Below are positions 56,439 through 64,000 of a stretch of DNA of 64,000 nucleotides, piece by piece. Source of the DNA: an uncultured delta proteobacterium (GTDB lineage Bacteria; Myxococcota_A; Polyangia; Fen-1088). The position numbers and the translations under genes were made by a program. A model generated the notes under the pieces. That model was not told where the DNA came from. It did not search any database and was given only the letters and a program-made list of their open reading frames with translations. Location: assembly GCA_963767925.1 (NCBI GenBank), contig CAVYGB010000009.1, positions 160,001 through 224,000 of the forward strand, given 5' to 3'. How positions within the stretch are numbered: the first letter of the stretch is position 1; every line of letters starts with the position of its first letter.

Positions 56439-57604
56439 CCGAGACCCCGCAGCTCTCCAGCGAACACCCGCCCCTGCCGGCCGCCGCGCCCGACGTGATC
56501 CCGCAGCGCCTCGACGATCTGATCGTCGTGCGCCTGGCCTCGCTCAAGGAGCCCGACTCGCCGAAGGACCTGGCCCGCACCCTGCGCGCGCTGGCCCCGC
56601 TGGGCTACAGCGACGCCGACTGGCGCGCGCGCATCGAGGAGGCGCTGGCCCGGCTGCAGGCGGCCGGGATCGTCGACGGGCGCCGGAAGGCGCCGGGCGC
56701 GGAGGCCAGCCTGGCCCGGATGGGCCTGCGGCCAGCCGACGCCTGGCGGTACATCCAGGGCCGCTTCTTGCCGGGGATCGGCCTGGGGATCGAGCCCCAC
56801 GACAAGGCCACGCACGACCGTCTCACCAAGCCCGAGCACTGGGCCGCCGCGGTGGTCGCGCGCGTGCACGGCCTCTGGCGCGAGGGGCGCGTGCCCTCGT
56901 TCCCCGACACCTGCGACGCCCTGGTCTGGCGCTCGTTCCAGCTCACCGGCAAGCCCAAGCGCTCCCCCAACCAGGTCCGGGCCTACGTCCTGGCCCGCAT
57001 GCTGGGCCAGCCCGGCCCCTCCGCCGAGCGCCTGATGTGTTACCTGGCCGCCCGCGACGTGGGCGCCGTCCGCGCCGACGCCATCAAGCTGCGCGAGGCC
57101 CTCTGCCGCCGCTGGCTCGCCGGCGCCGACTGGCCGCCCGCCGACCGCCCCGCCGCGCCGGCCGCGTCGCCGCCGCCCCGCCTGGCGACCGTCCCCAACG
57201 TCGCCCTGGTGCCGCCGCTGGCGCCGGCCGGTGGGACCCCGCCGGTCGCGTCCATCTCCTCGGCCGGAGAGGCCGCTGCTCAGCCCGCCGCCGGAAGGCC
57301 GCTGGCCCTCCCCGAGTTCGCCGCCATCGTTCGCCAGGCGGCGGCCCGCGCCACCGAGGGCGTCTTCGGCCGCTACAAGGTCTTCATCGCTCCCCTGTGG
57401 CGCGCCCTGCGCACCCACCCGGCCCTCGGCGACCTCTCCCTCGACGCCTTCAAGCGCGAGCTGGTAGCAGCCAACCGCGCCGGCCTCCTCACCCTGGCCC
57501 GGGCCGACATGGCGGCCGTCCTCAGCCCGCGCGAGATCGCCGAGTCGGAGACCCGCCACCTCGAGGCCGAATATCACTTCGTCGAGCGGGAGGAGACGCC
57601 GTGA
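56435..57604 (+). CDS. Hypothetical 389-aa protein (possible N- and C-terminal winged-helix domains)
   Basis: AGGAGG RBS, ATGA overlap with the upstream stop; two globular regions around a Pro/Ala linker; C-terminal FGRYKVFI...FKRELV...LARAD...SE...YHFV. Confidence 0.8.
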   Translation: MTETPQLSSEHPPLPAAAPDVIPQRLDDLIVVRLASLKEPDSPKDLARTLRALAPLGYSDADWRARIEEALARLQAAGIVDGRRKAPGAEASLARMGLRPADAWRYIQGRFLPGIGLGIEPHDKATHDRLTKPEHWAAAVVARVHGLWREGRVPSFPDTCDALVWRSFQLTGKPKRSPNQVRAYVLARMLGQPGPSAERLMCYLAARDVGAVRADAIKLREALCRRWLAGADWPPADRPAAPAASPPPRLATVPNVALVPPLAPAGGTPPVASISSAGEAAAQPAAGRPLALPEFAAIVRQAAARATEGVFGRYKVFIAPLWRALRTHPALGDLSLDAFKRELVAANRAGLLTLARADMAAVLSPREIAESETRHLEAEYHFVEREETP

Positions 57605-60600
57605 GCCCGGCGCGGGAGCCGATCGCCGCGGCCGACCTGGACCGCTGGCTGAACGCCGCCGTCCAGCGCATGAACGCCGCCCTGACCGGCGCCCGGCGCG
57701 ACGAGGTCATCGCCGCCCTGAAGAAGGAGCTGGGCGTCGACGCCTCGTTTCGCCTGATGGCCTCCCTGTCGTTGCTGTCCGACTGCCTGCGCGTGGCCCA
57801 CCTGGCCATCGAGGCCGACGGCCAGGCCGACCCCGAGGAGATCGTCCGCGTCTCCCCGGTCGTCGCGGTGGCGGCGCCCCGCTATTTCCAGGTGGTCTCC
57901 GGCTACGAGCCGTTCGGCGAGGTGGAGCCCGGGTCCTCCCACGTGGTCGAGTTCCTGCGGGCCCACAAACACGACCCGGGCCCCTTCGGCAACGGGAGCA
58001 CGAGTGAATGGCGCGGCTTGCAGCTGTGCGAGCGGGTGGGCGACCTGGCCCGGGACGAGACGCTGGTCCGCGACCACGAGCGGATGCTGGTGCGGATCAT
58101 GGAGACCGTGTTCGCCGGCCGCGACACCGAGGTCGAGCGGAGCGCCCACCAGGAGCTGGCGGATCTCTTCGAGCGCACGCGCAGCGCCGGCCGCGACCCC
58201 CGCGTCTCCGCCTTCTGCCGCCCCGACGGCCCCGAGGTGTTCTCCTCCGTGGCTCACGGATCCCAGGTCTTCCAGCGCGACCCCTTCGACGTCGAGTCGA
58301 TCCACGGCGAGGCCCGCTCCGCCTTCATGACCCAGATCGAGCGGGTGATCGCCCCCCGCAGCGCGGGCGCCGGCCACGGGCGCCTGATGCTGGTCAGCGG
58401 CCGGGCCGGCAGCGGCAAGACCCACCTCCTGCGGGCCTTTCGCACCGCGGTCCACGAGGTCGGCCTGGGCTACGTCGGCTACCTGCAGATGTCCTCCGAC
58501 GTCGGCGACTACGCCCGCTACGTCCTCATCAAGCTGATCGACTCGCTCGAGCGCCCCTACGATCCCCCGTCGGTGTCGGAGCCGGCCCTGCTCTGCCTGT
58601 CCGACAGCCTTGTCGAACACGCCGGCGCGCTCCCCCGGGCGGCGGTCGACCGCCTGCGCTCGGCCGAGATCCCGCCGGCGGAGCTGTCGACGTTCGTCGG
58701 TGGCCTCGTCGATCGGCTATCCCGGGTGCCGGCGCTGGCCAGCGCCGACAGCGATCTGCTGCAGGCCCTCCTGCTGCTGCAGCGGCGGGATCCGGCCGTG
58801 CAGCGCCGGATCGTGAAGTTTCTGCGCTGCGAGTCCCTGACCGCGCACGAGCAGCAGCTCCTCGGGGGCCTGGCGTCCCGCCTGCAACCGGAAGATCCCG
58901 GGCGCACCATCGAGCAGATCGGCCAGCTCGCCTTCGCCCTCGACGGCAAGGCGCTGGTTCTGCTTGTCGACCAGATCGAGGACGCCATCCCCGACGCCAG
59001 CAACCACGCGCGGATCCAGCGGGCGATCAACGTGCTCCGCCGGATCGCCGACGCCGTCCCGTCGACCCTTGTCGTCCTGGCCTGCCTCGACGACATGTAC
59101 GAACGGATCCGGGGCAAGCTCGAGCCGTCGGTCATCGACCGGATCGAGCGCGATCCCCCGCCGGTGCGGCTGGTGGCCCACCGCAGCCGGGCGGAGATCG
59201 AGAAGATGCTCGTGGTCCGCCTGGAGCACCTGTACGAGGCGCTCGACGTCTCCTGGCGCGACGAGGAGCCGCTGTTTCCCTTCAACGCCGATCAGCTCGA
59301 CGAGCTGGCCAACCAGCGGGCCCGCGACTGCCTGGCGTTCTTCCACAAGTACCAGCAGCAGTGCATCGCCGCGCGCGACCTGGTCACGGCTCCGCTGCCG
59401 CCGGTGGCGGGAGATCCATTGGCCCCTACCGAGAAGTTCGACTTCGATCGCGCCTGGAGCGATGCCCTGGTGGCGACGACCTCCGGACCGGACGACGATC
59501 TCGACCTGCTACGCACCATCGAGCGCGGGCTCCTGGCCGGCAGCGACGAGGCTACAGTCGAGATCGCCACCCGGTTGACGACCGAGTCGGCGCCCCGGCT
59601 GTCGCTCAAGTTCGGAGATCGCCCGCTGTCGCCGCGGGTGATCGAGCTGTGCAACAAGCAGGCGCAAGGCGGCGGCCTGGGCGGGCAGCTCGAGAAGCTG
59701 CGCAAGAGCGTCAAGCCGGGCGAGATCGCGGTGGCCCTGCGGACCTCCGGGTTCTCCTTCGGGTCGAAGACGGCGGTGGCGCGGGCGGTGGGCGAGTTGG
59801 TCAGGGCCGGCGGCCTGGCCGTCACGGTGGAGGACGGCGACCTCCGCGCGATCGCCGCCCTCGAGGCCTTCACGGCCGCCCACGGCGGCGAGCCGGGTTT
59901 TCGGGAATGGCGACGCCGGGCGCGGCCTCTGACCGGCTCGAACCTCTTCCAGAAGCTCCTCGATATCGAGGGCGTGCGGCCGGTCGCGCCGCCCCCCGTT
60001 TTGGGCGACGGTCAGAAGCGAGTCTCCGGTAACCCCGCCCCCACCTCCTCGGCGACCAACGGCCACCCACCGATCGTGCATCCCGAGGCAACGCCGCCCG
60101 GCCGGCAGATCCGCCTGGGCGCCACCCTCACCATGCGCGCGGACCCGGTCACCCTCGACGTCGAGGCGCTGAAGATGCACGCCGCCTTCCTGGGCGGCAC
60201 CGGCAGCGGCAAGACCACCCTGGTCCTCAACGTCATCGAGCAGCTCCTGGAGCGGGGCGTCTCCGCCCTCATGGTGGATCGCAAGGGCGACCTCGCCCGT
60301 TACGCCAGCGCCGCCTGGTGGGACGAGGTCCCGGCCGACCCCGAGGCGGCCCGCCGCAAGGCCGCCCTGCGCGCCCGCGTCGACGTCGACCTCTTCACCC
60401 CGGGCGACGCCAGCGGCCGGCCCCTGCGCATTCCCCTGATCCCGCCCGGGATGGCCGAGATGCCCAGCCAGGAGCGCGATCAGATGGCCAAGATCGCCGC
60501 CAGCGGCCTGGCCGCGATGCTCGAGTACCGTAAGGGCGCCGGCTACAAGTTCCGGGAGGCCATCCTCAAGAAGGCCATCGAGCTGCACGCCGACAACGGT

Positions 60601-61389
60601 CCGGCCTCCCTGCGCGACCTGCAGGACACCATCTCCCGGCCGGATCCCGAGCTGATCGCCCAGGTCGGCAACCTGACCAAACACTTCAGCAAGCTCGCCG
60701 AGGACCTCGATTGGCTCGGCATCCAGCGGGGCAGCTTGCTCTCCGGGGACGGCGAGGTCCTCGACCTCTCCACCTTGCTGAAGCCGCAGCCGGGGCGGTC
60801 GCGCCTGGTGATCATCAGCGCGGTGGCCTTGACCGAGGCGTCGATCCTGCAGTTCTGGGTCTCCCGGCTGCTGGTCGAGCTGGCCCGCCTGGTGAAGCGC
60901 GACCCCAGCCCCACCTTGCGGGCAGTGGCCTTCTTCGACGAGGCCGACCTGTACATCCCGGCCGTCTCCTCGCCGCCCACCAAGGAGCCGATGTTCGATC
61001 TGCTGCGCCGGGCCCGGTCGGGTGGGGTGGGGATCCTGCTCGCCTCGCAGAACACCGGCGACTTCGACTACAAGGCCCGGGACAACATCAACACCTGGTG
61101 CCTGGGCAAGATCGCCCAGGACCGGGCCATCGAGAAGATGCGCAACCTCCTGTCGGGTTACCCCAACGTCGCCACCCGCCTGGCCAGCCAGAGCACCGGC
61201 AGCTTCTTCCTCCTCAACCCCACCCTGGTCCCCGCCACCCGCGAGCTGCGCGCCGACCGCTCGCTGATGAAGACCGAGCAGCTCCCCGACCACGAGGTAG
61301 CCGCCATCGCCCAGGCCAGCCGCCCCACCCCCCCACCCCCCACCGGCCGCCCCAGCTCCCGCCAAACCCCCACCCGCCGCGCCGCCTGA
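57601..61389 (+). CDS. 1262-aa double P-loop ATPase: TerB-like N-terminus + AAA-like ATPase + HerA/FtsK-like (DUF87-type) ATPase
   Basis: GTGA overlap, GGAGG RBS; EADGQADPEE; GRAGSGKT and LLVDQIE; GGTGSGKT, MVDRKGD, FFDEAD, RRARSGGVGILLASQ. Confidence 0.88.
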   Translation: MSPAREPIAAADLDRWLNAAVQRMNAALTGARRDEVIAALKKELGVDASFRLMASLSLLSDCLRVAHLAIEADGQADPEEIVRVSPVVAVAAPRYFQVVSGYEPFGEVEPGSSHVVEFLRAHKHDPGPFGNGSTSEWRGLQLCERVGDLARDETLVRDHERMLVRIMETVFAGRDTEVERSAHQELADLFERTRSAGRDPRVSAFCRPDGPEVFSSVAHGSQVFQRDPFDVESIHGEARSAFMTQIERVIAPRSAGAGHGRLMLVSGRAGSGKTHLLRAFRTAVHEVGLGYVGYLQMSSDVGDYARYVLIKLIDSLERPYDPPSVSEPALLCLSDSLVEHAGALPRAAVDRLRSAEIPPAELSTFVGGLVDRLSRVPALASADSDLLQALLLLQRRDPAVQRRIVKFLRCESLTAHEQQLLGGLASRLQPEDPGRTIEQIGQLAFALDGKALVLLVDQIEDAIPDASNHARIQRAINVLRRIADAVPSTLVVLACLDDMYERIRGKLEPSVIDRIERDPPPVRLVAHRSRAEIEKMLVVRLEHLYEALDVSWRDEEPLFPFNADQLDELANQRARDCLAFFHKYQQQCIAARDLVTAPLPPVAGDPLAPTEKFDFDRAWSDALVATTSGPDDDLDLLRTIERGLLAGSDEATVEIATRLTTESAPRLSLKFGDRPLSPRVIELCNKQAQGGGLGGQLEKLRKSVKPGEIAVALRTSGFSFGSKTAVARAVGELVRAGGLAVTVEDGDLRAIAALEAFTAAHGGEPGFREWRRRARPLTGSNLFQKLLDIEGVRPVAPPPVLGDGQKRVSGNPAPTSSATNGHPPIVHPEATPPGRQIRLGATLTMRADPVTLDVEALKMHAAFLGGTGSGKTTLVLNVIEQLLERGVSALMVDRKGDLARYASAAWWDEVPADPEAARRKAALRARVDVDLFTPGDASGRPLRIPLIPPGMAEMPSQERDQMAKIAASGLAAMLEYRKGAGYKFREAILKKAIELHADNGPASLRDLQDTISRPDPELIAQVGNLTKHFSKLAEDLDWLGIQRGSLLSGDGEVLDLSTLLKPQPGRSRLVIISAVALTEASILQFWVSRLLVELARLVKRDPSPTLRAVAFFDEADLYIPAVSSPPTKEPMFDLLRRARSGGVGILLASQNTGDFDYKARDNINTWCLGKIAQDRAIEKMRNLLSGYPNVATRLASQSTGSFFLLNPTLVPATRELRADRSLMKTEQLPDHEVAAIAQASRPTPPPPTGRPSSRQTPTRRAA

Positions 61390-61519
61390 CCCCGGGTCTC
61401 CCGCGGAGCGGGTCGTCGCGGTGCAACCGGAGTCGCTCCGCAGGTGCCCTCGTGGTCATGTGCACGAAGACCGGCTTTCACCCCTGATCCACGTCTCCGG
61501 ATCGGCTCAAGGGGCGAAA

Positions 61520-61806
61520 GGACCCAGGTCTTCGTGAGCGCGGCCTCTGCGTGGGAGATCGCGACGAAAGTCCGACTGGGGAAGCTCGTCTGGAAGCCCT
61601 CCGAGTCGGTGCAATCGTATTGTTCGAGTCAGAGTTTCGACCTCCTGCCCGTGACGTTCGCCCACGGCGAAAAGGCCGGGGCCTGGCCCCAGCCGCACGG
61701 CGATCCGTTCGTTCGGATGCTCGCCGCGCAGAGCGCCCTCGAGAACCTTCCGCTGGCGACCGACGATCCGAAGGTCGAAGGATTCGGGGTCGAGACGATC
61801 TGGTAG
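61520..61806 (+). pseudogene. vapC: 5'-truncated VapC/PIN toxin
   Basis: VFVSAASAWEIATK...HGDPFVRMLAAQ...LATDD; lacks the N-terminal LLDT motif and any antitoxin. Confidence 0.7.
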
Positions 61807-61808
61807 CG

Positions 61809-62270
61809 CTACTGCTTCTGGGCCACGGGGGTGGGGGGCTTCAGCTCGGTGGATTGGCGGGCGATCATTTGCCAGCCGCGGGGGGTCTTGGCCCAGACGC
61901 TGAGGGTGACGAGGTTCTGGTGGAGGACGGGGGCGCCCTTGGGGTGCTTCTCGTAGCGGGCCTTGCCGGTCACGACGGCGGTGTCGCCGCGCACGTCGAC
62001 CTTCGTGTCGCTGAGCTCGACGGCCTTGTAGACGGTGGTGCTCTTCATGACGTGGTCGGTGGCCTGGGTCTTGTTCTCCACCAGGCCGATCGAGTGGCCG
62101 TAGCTGAGGGCGGAGTGGAAGACCTTGTCGAACTTGGCGGCGTCCTTGGTCAACATGGCCTGGCGCCAGGTCTCCAGCGCGGCCAGGACCTCCTTCTCCT
62201 CGGGGGAGCCGGCGAGGGCCGGGGAGACAGTCAGGGTCAGCAGGGCGAAGGCCAGGACGAAACGCCTCAT
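61809..62270 (-). CDS. Secreted NTF2-like (DUF4440) protein
   Basis: AAGGAG RBS; signal peptide; LSYGHS.G; VRGDTAVV; VWAK...WQMIARQST. Confidence 0.85.
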   Translation of the reverse strand: MRRFVLAFALLTLTVSPALAGSPEEKEVLAALETWRQAMLTKDAAKFDKVFHSALSYGHSIGLVENKTQATDHVMKSTTVYKAVELSDTKVDVRGDTAVVTGKARYEKHPKGAPVLHQNLVTLSVWAKTPRGWQMIARQSTELKPPTPVAQKQ

Positions 62271-62690
62271 GGGGAGCTCCTTGGGCAGGGTGGACCTGGC
62301 GACCATCCGCGTCGCGCAGGGAAGGGGCCACTCTAGAAGAATCGCCCGCCGCCGACAATGAGGCGCACCTGGCCGTCGGGCCGGGTAGGGGGGCGTGGGC
62401 CGGGGGCGCCGCCGCCGGGACAGCCCCCCCGAGGCGGCCGGGCCATGTCGGTGGGGCGCGCGCACCGCAGGGGGCGCCGTGGCCTGCGCCGGTGACACGG
62501 ATCGGTCGAACCCCCGCGGAGCCTTGCCCGCCACGGCAGCGCGGCGTCGCCCGGCGCTGGCGCTGGCATGTCCTTCGCTGAGACGGCAGCGCCACGGTGG
62601 CCGGCCGCGCGTCGGTCCACACGTCGCGACGGAAACCCGGTGGATCGTCCGGATCGGTGGGCGGCCGAGCTCGAACCAGGGAGGAAAGAT

Positions 62691-64000
62691 TTGCGAACAC
62701 GTTCAGGCGTATTGCTGGTGCTGGTGCTGGCGCTGGGGCTGACGGCGGGGATGGTCCTGCCCGAACGCGCCCCCGCCATGAGCAACCCGACCGCCGCGCA
62801 CTGGATCGGCGCTGCGGCTGCGCTCGATCCCAGGGGGGGCTGGAGCTTCGTCGCCGGCGACTTCAACGGCAGCGGCCGCGACGACGTCGCCGGCTATCAC
62901 CCCAACGGAACGATCTGGGTGGGACAGAACGGCGGCACCAGCTTCGGCTTCGGCGGCACCGCCTGGGCGACCGGCCTGACCCCCGCCACCGGCTGGAGCT
63001 TCCTGGCCGGCCGCTTCGCCGGCGACGCAAAGGCCGACGTCGTCGGCCACCACCCGGGCAACGGCACCATCTGGGTGGGTCGCAGCACCGGCACCACCTT
63101 CGACTTCGGGCCCGCCGCCTGGGCCACCGTGAGCACGGGCGGGAGCTGGCGCTTTGTCGCCGGCAACGTCGCCGCCGATGGCGCCGGCGGCGAGCACACC
63201 GATCTGATCGGCTTTTACTGGGCCAGTGGCGGCGCCCACGACGGCACCTTGTGGCTCGGCATCAACGTCGACGCCACCCCCCCGCGCTTCGACTTTTACC
63301 AGTGGGGCGGCGCCCTCCCGGGCAACGCCGCCACCTGGCCGAACCTCCGCTTCGTCGCCGGTGACTTCGCGGGCGACGCGAAGGTCGACGTCCTCCGCTA
63401 CGACCCCGGCACCGGCGAGCTCTGGGTGGGGCAGAACACGGGCGCCGGCCACCCCGCCTGGACCGCGCCGAGCTGGGGAGCGACCGCCTGGTACGAGCTG
63501 CAGGCCCCCGAGCCCCTGGCCGGCTGGACCTTCGTGGCCGGCAACTTCGACGGCGCCGGGAAGGACGATCTGCTCGGCCACGATCCGGCGAGCGGCCGCC
63601 TCATGCTGTTCATCAACACCGGCAGCAAGTTCCTCGCGAGCTGGGAGGACACGCTGGCCCCCCACGTCCCCCAGAGCGGCCAGCCCGCCTCCGAGGCCCC
63701 GATCTGGAGCCTGGTGGCCGGCAACTTCCAGGGCGCGGCCGCCGACCCCCGCACCGACGTCGTGGCCTACGCCGCCCCCGGCAGCGCCGGGGTGGCCCGG
63801 GATCACCTCACCGGCGACGACTACGCCGGCCGGCTCTACGTGATGAGCCCCGGCGTCGCCCGGATCGGCATCCCGCTCTACAAGCACCCCACCCCGGGCA
63901 GCTTCTGGGACACCTTCGCCAGCAGCGATCTGACCGCCCGCTTCGCCGTGCACAACCCCAGCGGCCCCGAAGAGGCGCGCCAGTGCCCCCCCGACCCCAA
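62691..64000 (+). CDS. Secreted FG-GAP/VCBS repeat protein (runs off the window; not in the ORF track)
   Basis: GGAGG RBS + TTG at 62691; signal peptide; repeats WSFVAGDFNGSGRDDV, FVAGDFAGDAKVDV, FVAGNFDGAGKDDL. Confidence 0.8.
   Translation, partial: MRTRSGVLLVLVLALGLTAGMVLPERAPAMSNPTAAHWIGAAAALDPRGGWSFVAGDFNGSGRDDVAGYHPNGTIWVGQNGGTSFGFGGTAWATGLTPATGWSFLAGRFAGDAKADVVGHHPGNGTIWVGRSTGTTFDFGPAAWATVSTGGSWRFVAGNVAADGAGGEHTDLIGFYWASGGAHDGTLWLGINVDATPPRFDFYQWGGALPGNAATWPNLRFVAGDFAGDAKVDVLRYDPGTGELWVGQNTGAGHPAWTAPSWGATAWYELQAPEPLAGWTFVAGNFDGAGKDDLLGHDPASGRLMLFINTGSKFLASWEDTLAPHVPQSGQPASEAPIWSLVAGNFQGAAADPRTDVVAYAAPGSAGVARDHLTGDDYAGRLYVMSPGVARIGIPLYKHPTPGSFWDTFASSDLTARFAVHNPSGPEEARQCPPDP

Noticed and set aside
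57601..61389. Conjugative VirB4/coupling protein or BREX component
   Set aside because: No T4SS, relaxase, pglX or pglZ genes nearby; context is a nuclease-linked trio.
62820..63780. Repeated TTCGTCGCCGGC.ACTTC motifs
   Set aside because: Coding FG-GAP/VCBS repeats, not a DNA-level array.

Overview
High-GC, myxobacterium-like window (MYXO-CTERM-type protein, many hybrid kinases; lineage is inferred, not proven). Layout: (1) 0.4-13.7 kb signalling block: NarL regulator, two hybrid histidine kinases, a single-domain receiver and an 1867-aa Ser/Thr kinase-AAA-GAF-HK. (2) tRNA-Glu(CUC) at 13679-13750, used as an integration site. An ~8.7-kb large-serine-recombinase element (attL ~13738, attR ~22404) follows it; the attP can be reconstructed and lies inside the integrase 3' end. 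Next come a decayed second recombinase, gene fragments and a ~210-bp tandem repeat. (3) 25-42 kb core-like genes: beta-propeller lipoprotein, site-2 protease, phoU, deacetylase-like MYXO-CTERM protein, heme-c/GSDH protein, PilZ-REC, RsbQ/PAS-HK, VOC. (4) Complete Wsp-like chemosensory cluster, 41.7-53.7 kb. (5) A translationally coupled three-gene operon (DUF559-like nuclease, unknown protein, TerB-like/AAA/HerA double ATPase), flanked by TA-gene remnants; a candidate undescribed defence or DNA-processing system. (6) NTF2-like protein and a partial FG-GAP repeat protein. Several single-base frameshifts look like assembly errors. All family calls come from motif recognition by eye; no searches were run.
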